IMG/VR virus record: IMGVR_UViG_2778261498_000008
Location: 1 to 33,311 of that record
DNA: 33,311 nucleotides
DNA from: a virus
Lineage: Duplodnaviria; Heunggongvirae; Uroviricota; Caudoviricetes
Strand: one strand, 5' to 3'
Part shown: positions 8,630 through 17,098 of the stretch, piece by piece
Numbering within the stretch: the first letter of the stretch is position 1
Layout: every line of letters starts with the position of its first letter
Notes under the pieces: generated by a model
Database searches by the model: none
What the model was told of the DNA's origin: nothing
Seen by the model: only the letters and a program-made list of their open reading frames with translations
Position numbers and translations under genes: made by a program

Positions 8630-9589
8630 ATGAAAATTCACATCGACGACGGCTCCACCAACATCAAGCTGGCATGGACTGAGAACGGCGAACGCCGCAA
8701 CGCCATCAGCCCGAACAGCTTCAAGTCGGAATGGTCTGCGCCGTTCGGTGGCACGCAGCCCGCGAACTACATGCTTGATGGCGTGCGCTATGGTTTTGAT
8801 CCGGTCAGCGATCGCTTTGTCCAGACGACCGACACGCAATACCAATACAGCGATGTGAATGTCATTGCCATTCATCACGCGCTGGTCAAATCAGGCATCA
8901 CGCCACAGGAGGTGGATGTGGTTGTCACCCTGCCACTGAGCGAGTATTTCGACACAAACGCACAGCCGGACATGGCCAACATCAACCGCAAAAAAGCGAA
9001 CGTTATGCGCCCGGTGGAGTACCAGAACGGCGAAGCATTCACTATCCGTAACGTGCGGGTTATGCCTGAATCCATTCCGGCTGGCTTTAAGGCACTGGCT
9101 GACATGAGTCCGTTTGAATCCCTGCTGATTGTGGATTTGGGCGGAACCACGCTGGATGTGGCAAAAGTTCAGGGGCAACTGGCAGGTATCAGCCAGGTGT
9201 TTTGCGATCCACACGTAGGCGTTTCTCTGATGGCCGATGCCGTACTGTCGGTGATGGCCACTAACGGTATGCGCACCAGTCACCACATCGCCAATACCAT
9301 TATCGAACATCGCCATGATGAAGCCTGGCTGCGCCAGCACATCCACAATGACGCGCATTACGCCAGCCTGATGGCGGTTATTCGTGAAAAGGAAGAAACA
9401 CTGAAACAACGCGTGATCCGCGCGCTGGCGGGTTTTTCGGGTTACGGGCGGGTGATGGTTGTCGGTGGCGGGGCGGAGATTGTGGCACCCGCTATCCGCG
9501 AAGCCTGCGGAGTTAATGCGAATTTCATCGCGGACGGGGTGCCACAGTTTGCTCTGGTTAATGGGCTGTACGCAATGGACAAGGAGTAA
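8630..9589 (+). CDS. parM: Actin-like segregation ATPase, ParM/StbA family
   Basis: N-terminus MKIHIDDGSTNIKLAW...ISPNSFK...YSDVNVIAIHHAL and later VMPESIPAG, LIVDLGGTTLDV and VMVVGGGAE closely parallel plasmid R1 ParM as recalled; AAGGAAAAG SD upstream. Confidence 0.85.
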   Translation: MKIHIDDGSTNIKLAWTENGERRNAISPNSFKSEWSAPFGGTQPANYMLDGVRYGFDPVSDRFVQTTDTQYQYSDVNVIAIHHALVKSGITPQEVDVVVTLPLSEYFDTNAQPDMANINRKKANVMRPVEYQNGEAFTIRNVRVMPESIPAGFKALADMSPFESLLIVDLGGTTLDVAKVQGQLAGISQVFCDPHVGVSLMADAVLSVMATNGMRTSHHIANTIIEHRHDEAWLRQHIHNDAHYASLMAVIREKEETLKQRVIRALAGFSGYGRVMVVGGGAEIVAPAIREACGVNANFIADGVPQFALVNGLYAMDKE

Positions 9590-9593
9590 ACCA

Positions 9594-9905
9594 ATGACGA
9601 CTCCAACCAGACGGATAAGTTTCTATCTGAAGCCCGCCGCCGTCAAGAACGAAGGCGAAGCATGCGCCTGGCTGGACAGCCTTACACCAGAAGCCCGCAA
9701 AAGCGGCCAACGCGTGGCTTTTCTGGCCGGGCTGGCACTTCTGAAAATGAATCCAGCAGAGGCTTACCGACTGGCTGCATGGGCTGACGATGAGGCGTTA
9801 TCGGTGACACAAACCAGGACAGAACGCCCCGTGTCACAGCCAGTACCAACCACACAGATAACCAGTCAGATGGCAGGGAATATCCGGGCATTATTTCCTG
9901 AATGA
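9594..9905 (+). CDS. parR: ParR/StbB-like centromere-binding adaptor
   Basis: 4 bp after the parM stop with AAGGAG SD; product shares the R1 ParR pattern as recalled (RRISFYLKP..., LDS, AFLAGLALL, C-terminal IRALFPE versus R1 ILRSLFPKE). Confidence 0.65.
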   Translation: MTTPTRRISFYLKPAAVKNEGEACAWLDSLTPEARKSGQRVAFLAGLALLKMNPAEAYRLAAWADDEALSVTQTRTERPVSQPVPTTQITSQMAGNIRALFPE

Positions 9906-9965
9906 CGAATTTGACGGCTTTTAATTTTATCGGGGTGCACTGTCGCCCCGCGCGAGGAAAACACG

Positions 9966-10490
9966 ATGAAAAAATACGAATACATGCTAATGAAAGAAGC
10001 ACTGCGGGCTGGTCTGGCTCCCTGTCCTGTATCCGTAGAAGCTGTTGTTGGGAACACGATTTTCCGAACGCTGCGAAATCGCGTATCCGTGAAGATGATT
10101 CACCAACCACCCAAATCTACCAGCATGATCTATCTGCCGCTGCCCGAGGCTATCAAACTTATGCGTTCGCTGAAATTTGCGATTTGGATGCAGACACAAC
10201 TCAACAAAGCGGTGCAAAACACCTTCGTTAAGAAACTGATGCCGGAGCTTGCTGCCAGATGTGCAAAATGTACCAGACCCGCACTTCAATTTGATCTGTC
10301 ATTGATTCAACAAGCTACGGAGGCAGAACTGTACCGCCTGTCACCTCTCCATGATGCTCACACGGAAGCCTCAGAAATGTTCCGGCTCATGTTTCAATTT
10401 AATTTTGCCGTTCGACGCACACGCATTCAGGTCAATCGCATGATGCAGGCGCAGGAAGAGCTGACGCAACACAAAGGAGGCAACCAGTGA
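9966..10490 (+). CDS. Hypothetical protein (174 aa), accessory
   Basis: ATG 9966 with AGGAAA upstream; no recognisable family by eye. Confidence 0.5.
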   Translation: MKKYEYMLMKEALRAGLAPCPVSVEAVVGNTIFRTLRNRVSVKMIHQPPKSTSMIYLPLPEAIKLMRSLKFAIWMQTQLNKAVQNTFVKKLMPELAARCAKCTRPALQFDLSLIQQATEAELYRLSPLHDAHTEASEMFRLMFQFNFAVRRTRIQVNRMMQAQEELTQHKGGNQ

Positions 10491-10662
10491 GCAAAATTGA
10501 CTATCAGGCATTACGCGAGGCGGCACAAAACTATCAATCGACGCTGGCGTGGTATGAGGTTGACGCGGGCTAGTTTTGCCGCAAGGATAATTCGTTTCAG
10601 CGGGTGATTTTTTGCGCTATCATTCCGGCAGTGGTTCACGATTATTGGCAGGAAAGGCAATT

Positions 10663-11256
10663 ATGAGCAGTAAAAAAAATAAAATAACATCTATGGCCGC
10701 AGCGCTGGCGGTGGCTCTCGCCCCTGTTCCTGCCAGTAGCATTGTGCATCATGACTTATCAATCTCCCGGCACAGTACGTCTACGCTATCCCTCCAGGAC
10801 GTAAAGGATTCTGTGGCATACCTTCCTATTGATGAGGCCACCAGTTATATGCTTAACCTGGCTGATAGGATGAAGACACACAGGGCAAACCTTCGCATCG
10901 AATGGGAAGAAAAGCAGATCCCTATTATTCTGAAAAATCAGAAAAAAGAGACTCAGGAAGGGTTTGAAAGCCTTTTCCGTCATATTGCGGTATGTGCAAG
11001 TTTTGTCGAGGCTGCAAGGGTTGCGCTGAAAAGCGTACCTGAAAGTAACGCGGAACTGAGAAAAGAGATTGTCGCTTTTGCTCGTTCCGCTGCGACGCTC
11101 CGCTATACGATTGAAGATATTTTATCCTTCATTGAAAGCACGCATGTGCCGAAGAAAACTTCAGATGCTGATCTGGGTGTTACCGCCGATCAGGTTCGCG
11201 CACTTATCCGCAGTGAACATAAAAAGCTGGGCCTTAAAGATCCAACGTTCCATTAA
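10663..11256 (+). CDS. Hypothetical protein (197 aa) with signal-peptide-like N-terminus; putative partner of the downstream toxin homologue
   Basis: ATG 10663 preceded by AGGAAAGG; N-terminus MSSKKNKITSMAAALAVALAPVPASS has a positive n-region, hydrophobic core and a VPA-S cleavage-like site. The track ORF starts 51 nt earlier without an SD. The region is visibly more AT-rich than the phage backbone. Confidence 0.5.
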   Translation: MSSKKNKITSMAAALAVALAPVPASSIVHHDLSISRHSTSTLSLQDVKDSVAYLPIDEATSYMLNLADRMKTHRANLRIEWEEKQIPIILKNQKKETQEGFESLFRHIAVCASFVEAARVALKSVPESNAELRKEIVAFARSAATLRYTIEDILSFIESTHVPKKTSDADLGVTADQVRALIRSEHKKLGLKDPTFH

Positions 11257-11265
11257 GGCAGGGCC

Positions 11266-11646
11266 ATGATTAAAGTCTCTGTCCACAATGACATAGAACT
11301 CCCCGCAGTTGCTCGTAAATATGCACATGCTTTGCAGTCATGGAAAAACGGCGGATCTTTACCCTCAGTCTTTGGCAACGAAGGGCAGTGGGAAGATAGC
11401 GGGCGTCTTCGTGATTCTTTTGTTTTTAAGATTCACATTCGTTTACCTGATGAACAGCCGTGGCCTGCAAAGCTACCTGCCGCCTCGCGTAAATCAAACA
11501 GTTATCTTGTTTACTCCCGCCATTTCTTATATCCAGATAAGTATCAGCTAATCAGCATTATGACACCCAATGCGCATGAGTTAGCCCGTACATCCTACAT
11601 GGCAGAAATTGAGCGCAGAGCAGAAGAGTTCCAGTCTTCTTTTTGA
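11266..11646 (+). CDS. YafO-family toxin homologue (ribosome-dependent mRNA interferase family)
   Basis: 126-aa product matches E. coli YafO as recalled in several blocks: LPSVFGNEG vs LPDIFGRD; HIRLPDEQPWPAKLPAASRKSNSYLVYSRH vs HIHLANENNPFPPQLRQFSRTNDEAHLVYCQG; C-terminal LISIMTPNAHELAR...AEEF vs LLIAILKPEPHKLAR...AEAF. 9 bp after the upstream gene. Confidence 0.7.
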   Translation: MIKVSVHNDIELPAVARKYAHALQSWKNGGSLPSVFGNEGQWEDSGRLRDSFVFKIHIRLPDEQPWPAKLPAASRKSNSYLVYSRHFLYPDKYQLISIMTPNAHELARTSYMAEIERRAEEFQSSF

Positions 11647-11684
11647 GTTTTGCGACGACTATCTATCAATCCCTTACTAATCTG

Positions 11685-11718
11685 AAAAGCTGCCTTTTGA
11701 AGGCGGCTTTTCTTTCTT
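11685..11718 (+). terminator. Intrinsic terminator (AAAAGCTGCC / GGCGGCTTTT stem, T-rich tail)
   Basis: 10-bp stem (one G-U pair) with 7-nt loop followed by CTTTCTT; flanked by A-run and T-run so could act in both directions. Confidence 0.6.
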
Positions 11719-11737
11719 CCTGGCCTTCTTTCTCTGT

Positions 11738-11764
11738 TGCACAATAGTGCACAAATTTGCACAA
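11738..11764. repeat. Three direct TGCACAA repeats phased at exactly 10 bp (11738, 11748, 11758)
   Basis: Read directly; helical phasing suggests a protein-binding array in the region expected to hold cos and packaging signals. Confidence 0.4.
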
Positions 11765-12188
11765 TTTTTTTGAACGACTTTTTACCCTTCCGGCCCGCAT
11801 GGCGGCTGGATCCGTCAAGGATCCGTGCGCGCACAAAAAAACGCGCTTTTTCTGCGCGCAGGTGACGGGGGAACAGCCCGCGTTTCTGGGGGTAAATAGC
11901 GTTCCCTTAACGATGTCGCAGCGACACGACAGAATGGCCGTATTTCTCACGCTGAGCGTGAAAAATACGTGAGGGATTCTGGTTTGATGGGGTGAAAGGT
12001 AAGGCCGTCAAAATCGCACTGAGGCGGCGAGAACATGCAGTCAGCGCAGTGGGATTGCGTAAGAATCTGACCGTCGATGATGGCAATAAGCAGGAAAGCA
12101 TCGTGAAATTATCTGACTGATACAGGAGCTGGAGAGTCGGGGCATAAATTTTTTATGCCCCGGCGAAGCAGCAGACAAGCGAAGCGCG

Positions 12189-13235
12189 TCAGGATGTGGG
12201 CTGGGTATCTAACAGTGCGTAAGGGTTAAAGCGGATCACCTCTTCGCCAAGCCAGTCATTGATGTGCTTCATGGCCTCCATGACGGGCATCAGCTCGTTA
12301 ATTGCGTAAACCCGCGCGGCCTTCTCCACATCACCAAACGCACTTTTTTCGCCCGGCATCGCCCCCATCAGTTGCGGCGGAACGCGGTGCGCAGCCAGCA
12401 CATCATCACGGGATGCCGCCTTAACATTCATGAACTCATCCTTTGCGGTGATCTGCTGGAACGGCAAAATTTGCACCCCCTCTTTGCCCCCGTTGGGCGC
12501 ATGAATGAGCACGTTTTTAAACGCACCACCACCACGTGCCCCCTGTAGCGTTTCTTTCAGGGAGTCCATGCTTTCGCGGTTTACCTGCGCTGCACCGATG
12601 TAGATGATGCACCCGGCGTGGGATCCGTTGTCGTAGTACAGTTTTCTGAACATGTCCGCCGAATGAGAAAGGCTGGCCGAGAGTAATGCGCCAAGATATT
12701 CCGGCATGCCGTAGATTTCCTGGTTAATATCCGGATTCATCAGGTGGCACACTTTACCAGGGCGAAACTGAAACGCATCCTTGCCATCCTGCACATACCA
12801 CCATGATTCAAGATCGCTTCCGCGTCGCATGTATTTCGCCAGGGCGTGCCGTAATTTAAGCGGTTCGCCGAGCATATTGCTCCGAAGCTCAAGGAATGCG
12901 TTACCGAACACAAACCAGTCCAGCGCCAGCGCCGAGAAATCCTGCCGGGAAAGCAGCGGGTGCGGAATATAGCAGCCGAGCAATACATTGCGCTTAAAGT
13001 AAAGCGCAGACTGATGCCAGGACGTTTGCCGGGCAGCTCTTGCCAGACCGTACCAGTCCACCGGGGTTTCATACCACCGCCCGTTATCAGCACAGTACAT
13101 ATTGTCCAGCAGGTCATGCCCGGTCAGGCGATAAGGACCATCAAATGTGAATGCACTGAGCGATGATTCTTTCCTGAGCGCATCAGCGAGATCAATGCGT
13201 GAACTCATGCGCACTTTTTTATTTTTTCTGCTCAT
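12189..13235 (-). CDS. Q: Portal protein (P2 gpQ family)
   Basis: 348-aa product, leftward operon with the large terminase as in P2; length and position match gpQ. Confidence 0.9.
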   Translation of the reverse strand: MSRKNKKVRMSSRIDLADALRKESSLSAFTFDGPYRLTGHDLLDNMYCADNGRWYETPVDWYGLARAARQTSWHQSALYFKRNVLLGCYIPHPLLSRQDFSALALDWFVFGNAFLELRSNMLGEPLKLRHALAKYMRRGSDLESWWYVQDGKDAFQFRPGKVCHLMNPDINQEIYGMPEYLGALLSASLSHSADMFRKLYYDNGSHAGCIIYIGAAQVNRESMDSLKETLQGARGGGAFKNVLIHAPNGGKEGVQILPFQQITAKDEFMNVKAASRDDVLAAHRVPPQLMGAMPGEKSAFGDVEKAARVYAINELMPVMEAMKHINDWLGEEVIRFNPYALLDTQPTS

Positions 13236-14986
13236 CAGAACTCCATAACCGTGAAACGCTCGTTTTCTCCTTCGCCGCCAATCGGTTCATTAATGACAGC
13301 AAGCATGGTTGCCCACGCAAGGTCGCCGTGGCTGATCCCCCTCGCTCGGTCCGTTTCGTAAGTGATAAAGCCGCCCGGTGTTTTCACCTTACGTACGGCG
13401 TTAAAGGCCGCGACCAGCTCGCGTTCGGCACGATCGTATTCCCACCGCCCGGCACGCATTATTTGCAGCATTTTCAGTACCAGCGACCGTTTTGATGACA
13501 GCGTGAAGGTGTACGGAATAGCAGCAGGGAAAAACCGTTTCACTATCTGATAAACGGCATCCCCGTGCCCGCCAGTCGCATCAATGCCGATGTGTTCCAC
13601 GTTGTAGCGACACGTGAACTCTTCAATGACTCTGGCCTGTTCTTCAAACTCCAGCCCCTGAACGCGTCGCGTCTCCACCGTTCGAAAACGGCCACCAGGA
13701 ACAGCCGGAGGAACCACCACGGACACCGCGCCGCTGTCGCCGTTTCCACTGCTGCCGTTTGCGTCATACCCAATCCATACCGGACGATTCCCCATCGGGC
13801 GGGGAGCAAAAGGTTTCCAGTCTTTCCAGTCGTCGTATCCGTCAACACCGCAGCCAATCAGGATATTCAGGTTAAATGCCGATTCCCCTTCGCGGACAAA
13901 CTCACACATATAGAGATTGCGGAACTCGTCTTCGGTGTTTTCATCACGAATTTCATCAATATCGGTGTGTTTCCAGCCGTGATTAACCACATCTTCCAGC
14001 GTGACAATTTGCCGCCACGTCCGGTCGGGGCAGATAAGTCCGTTATGCAGCGTTTTCCAGTCCACAGAAAAACGCTGGCGTTTATGCGCGGCCTTTTTCT
14101 CGTTCCAGCGGTCGCCGTTCCAATAGACGTATGCCTCGTGCGTTTCGGTGGATGGCGTGGAGAAGTAGGTGCGCCGCAGTCCGCTGAGGGTTGCCATAGC
14201 GCCAGCCACCTTGCGCAGTTCAGCAAAGCGACTGACCCAGAAAAATTCATCAAAATAAAAATTGCCTGTGTAGGACTGTGCCGTCGCAGCAGAAGTACCG
14301 AGAAAATGCAGTTCTGCGCCGTTGGAGAGGATGATTTTATCGCCCCCTTTCAGCTCCACATCAACTTCAGCCGCGGCCTTCTGAATAATGCTTTTAAACT
14401 GGAACGCCTGACGACGCGACGCAGACAAAAAAATCTGGTTACGCTGGTAAGGTTGTGCCACATCGTCACGCAGCGCCATCAGCAGTGCTTCCTGTGCAAA
14501 ATACCAGGTCGCCCCAATCTGTCGGGATTTCAGGATCATCCTGTTACGTATCCCGGCTTCACTGCAAAGGGTCAGGGAGTCAAACCAGCCCCGCTGATGC
14601 CACTCCAGCCTGCTGATGATTTTTTCCCGCAGTGCGGCAATCTGCTCCGGCGTGAAATGATTTTTAAGTTTTTTCGCCCGGCCTTTCTTTCCTGTGGCCG
14701 TCGCATCCGGCTGGCCATCATGCAGTTTTTTAAGCTGCCGGGTCAGCAGGTCTATTTCCTTAAAGTCACCACCTGTTTTATTCTGTTTTTCAGTAAGCTG
14801 GATGAGGCGCGCATCGATGGACTGCGTGACACGCTGCACGGGTGGCGTTTCATCCCACTGGTCGCGTTTTTTCCACGCATAAATCGTGTTCGGGTTTATT
14901 CCCATCAGACGTGATATTTCTGCGGGCGGATAACCCTGCCAGTAAAGTTGCCGCGCACGCTGGCGCACAAAAGCGTCCTGAATCAT
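13235..14986 (-). CDS. P: Terminase large subunit / ATPase (P2 gpP family)
   Basis: 583-aa product upstream of the portal on the same strand; length and position match P2 gpP. Confidence 0.9.
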   Translation of the reverse strand: MIQDAFVRQRARQLYWQGYPPAEISRLMGINPNTIYAWKKRDQWDETPPVQRVTQSIDARLIQLTEKQNKTGGDFKEIDLLTRQLKKLHDGQPDATATGKKGRAKKLKNHFTPEQIAALREKIISRLEWHQRGWFDSLTLCSEAGIRNRMILKSRQIGATWYFAQEALLMALRDDVAQPYQRNQIFLSASRRQAFQFKSIIQKAAAEVDVELKGGDKIILSNGAELHFLGTSAATAQSYTGNFYFDEFFWVSRFAELRKVAGAMATLSGLRRTYFSTPSTETHEAYVYWNGDRWNEKKAAHKRQRFSVDWKTLHNGLICPDRTWRQIVTLEDVVNHGWKHTDIDEIRDENTEDEFRNLYMCEFVREGESAFNLNILIGCGVDGYDDWKDWKPFAPRPMGNRPVWIGYDANGSSGNGDSGAVSVVVPPAVPGGRFRTVETRRVQGLEFEEQARVIEEFTCRYNVEHIGIDATGGHGDAVYQIVKRFFPAAIPYTFTLSSKRSLVLKMLQIMRAGRWEYDRAERELVAAFNAVRKVKTPGGFITYETDRARGISHGDLAWATMLAVINEPIGGEGENERFTVMEF

Positions 14987-15140
14987 TGCTCCCCCTGAGT
15001 AATTACAGGAAGATTACCCGCGCGCGAAACCGTTCTCCTTAACCCCCTGTTCTGGCCGTTTCCTTACAACAAAAGACCTTTGTATCAGCCTGTTACGCTT
15101 TGCCATCATGACTGAAGAACCAGTCAGAGGGGCAAAAACT

Positions 15141-15977
15141 ATGGCTAATGAAAAAAAGACATCCCGCAAAAAGTTTCGCGTGGCTGTCTCCGGATCAACT
15201 GTTGATGGCCGTGAAATCAGTCCGGTGCATCTGCGTGAAGCCGCCGAGAACTTCAACCCGGATGTTTACGCTGCCCGCGTGAACGTTGAGCACTATCTCT
15301 CGCCATGCCCGTCAAGCGAATTTTCCGCAATGGGCGATGTCACCGCACTGAGTACGGAAGACATTACGGAAGGTCCGCTGGCCGGACGTACTGCGCTGTA
15401 TGCAGAAATCGAACCGACCGAGCGCATGAAGCAGCTTGTCGCGGACGGCAAGAAAATCTATTCCAGTATCGAACTGCACCCGCAGTTCTCCGTTAACGGG
15501 CGCGCCTATCTGGTCGGGCTGGCGATGACCGACACCCCGGCAAGCCTGGGCACTGAGCGCCTGAAATTCACGGCACAGCAACGTCAGGCGGTGATGACGT
15601 TCAACAGTGTCCAGGGTGAAGCACCGCTCATTTCCGAAGCCATCGAGTCTGAAATCATCGAAATGGCAGAACAACGCCAGGAAGAAGGCACCCAGTGGTT
15701 TAACCGCGTAATGGGGATTATTGGTCGTGGCCGCAAAGCGGATGACGCCAGTTTCTCCCGTATTCAGGAAGCGGTGGAAGGCGTCGCAACGTCACAGGCC
15801 GACATTATCGACCGTTTTAATGTGCTGGAAACCCGCCATCAGCAGGACCGCCAGAAAATCACGTCACTGACCACAGAGCTGACAGCACTGAAGGAAAAAC
15901 TGCGCACGCAGGACGGCGATCCGCAGAACCGGTTCACCGCAACGGGCGCAGCCTCCGACCAACTGGCTGACTTCTGA
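15141..15977 (+). CDS. O: Capsid scaffolding protein (P2 gpO family)
   Basis: Product matches P2 gpO as recalled (FRVAVSGSTVDGREIS..., YLVGLAMTDTPASLGTE). ATG 15141 with AGAGGGG SD preferred over 15108. Confidence 0.85.
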   Translation: MANEKKTSRKKFRVAVSGSTVDGREISPVHLREAAENFNPDVYAARVNVEHYLSPCPSSEFSAMGDVTALSTEDITEGPLAGRTALYAEIEPTERMKQLVADGKKIYSSIELHPQFSVNGRAYLVGLAMTDTPASLGTERLKFTAQQRQAVMTFNSVQGEAPLISEAIESEIIEMAEQRQEEGTQWFNRVMGIIGRGRKADDASFSRIQEAVEGVATSQADIIDRFNVLETRHQQDRQKITSLTTELTALKEKLRTQDGDPQNRFTATGAASDQLADF

Positions 15978-16000
15978 TAAGACAAAGGAGCAAATTTTTT

Positions 16001-17053
16001 ATGAATCTGGTGATGTCAGATATTACCCGCAACAAGCTGGGTTGCTATATGGCGCAGCAGGCGTCGCTTAACAATATCCCGGTTTCTGCGCTGGTATCGC
16101 GATTTACCGTCAATCCATCGGTACAACAGCGTTTTGAAAACGCTTCAAAGGAAAGTACCGAATTTACGAAAAGAATTAACGTAATCGGTGTAACTGACCA
16201 GAAAGGCGAAAAAGTTCTCCTGGACACCACCGGGCCGATTGCGCGCACGAATACCAGTTATGACGGCACAGATCGCCGTAATCCGATTAACGCTGTCGAT
16301 ATGAAGGCTCGTCAGTACCAGTGTGAACAGGTGAACTACGACACCTTTATTTCGTATCCGAAGCTTGATGCCTGGGCGGCTCACAGCGATTTTCAGTCGC
16401 GCATCAGCACACAGATTGCCCGGCAGGTGGCGCTTGACCGCATCATGATCGGCTTTAACGGCACATCACACGCGGAAAAATCCAATTTCAGCACCAACAA
16501 GCTGCTTCAGGACGTTAACGTGGGCTGGCTGGAGCACATCAGAACCGATGCCAGTGAACGCGTAATGAATGACGTGACGCTGACTTCCCGCAACATGGAC
16601 AACACCGTGGCGCACGCGGGTAAGTATGCGAACGCTGATGCACTCGTACAGGACGCGCGCTCATCCCTGCTGGATGAATGGCACAAGGAAGCAGACGACC
16701 TCGTGGTGATTATGGGGCGCAACCTGTTTAACTCGCTGCGTCTGCCCGTTCTGAACAGCATCAGCGGCCAGAATCCCAATGCGGAATTACTCGCCGGACA
16801 GCTCATCCTGTCATCGCGCACCATTGGCGGGCTGGATGTATTCCTTGCGCCGTTCTTCCCGGATGCAACGATGCTGATTACCTCATTCAACAACCTGTCA
16901 ATTTACTGGCAGAGAGGCTCAATGCGTCGCCTGATGAAAGACGAGCCGGAATACAACCGTATCGCCACTTACCAGTCCATCAATGACGCTTATGTCGTTG
17001 AAGACTATGGCAAGTGCGCGATGGTCACTGGCCTGAAGTTCGCCGACAGCTAA
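16001..17053 (+). CDS. N: Major capsid protein (P2 gpN family)
   Basis: 350-aa product following the scaffold gene; shares blocks with P2 gpN as recalled (FTVNPSVQQ, IMIGFNGTSHAEKS, VGWLEHIR, YVVEDYG). Confidence 0.9.
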   Translation: MNLVMSDITRNKLGCYMAQQASLNNIPVSALVSRFTVNPSVQQRFENASKESTEFTKRINVIGVTDQKGEKVLLDTTGPIARTNTSYDGTDRRNPINAVDMKARQYQCEQVNYDTFISYPKLDAWAAHSDFQSRISTQIARQVALDRIMIGFNGTSHAEKSNFSTNKLLQDVNVGWLEHIRTDASERVMNDVTLTSRNMDNTVAHAGKYANADALVQDARSSLLDEWHKEADDLVVIMGRNLFNSLRLPVLNSISGQNPNAELLAGQLILSSRTIGGLDVFLAPFFPDATMLITSFNNLSIYWQRGSMRRLMKDEPEYNRIATYQSINDAYVVEDYGKCAMVTGLKFADS

Positions 17054-17098
17054 TCAACTCACGGCGGGCATCATGCCCGCCTGTAACGGAGAGAAAGA

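Noticed and set aside
11595-12101. Four short ORFs (64-94 aa) on both strands in the cos-proximal spacer
   Set aside because: Overlap each other and the terminator/palindrome elements; no ribosome-binding sites; region interpreted as regulatory/packaging DNA.
13565-14914. 449-aa plus-strand ORF
   Set aside because: Lies entirely antisense within the terminase large subunit gene; low-complexity product; classic shadow ORF of a GC-rich coding region.
14987-15140. Search for Ogr-type late promoter dyads (TGT-N12-ACA) in the P/O spacer, and likewise in the FI/D spacer 31411-31567
   Set aside because: Manual scan found only imperfect dyads (for example GTT-N12-AAC at 31431-31448); not enough to call promoters.
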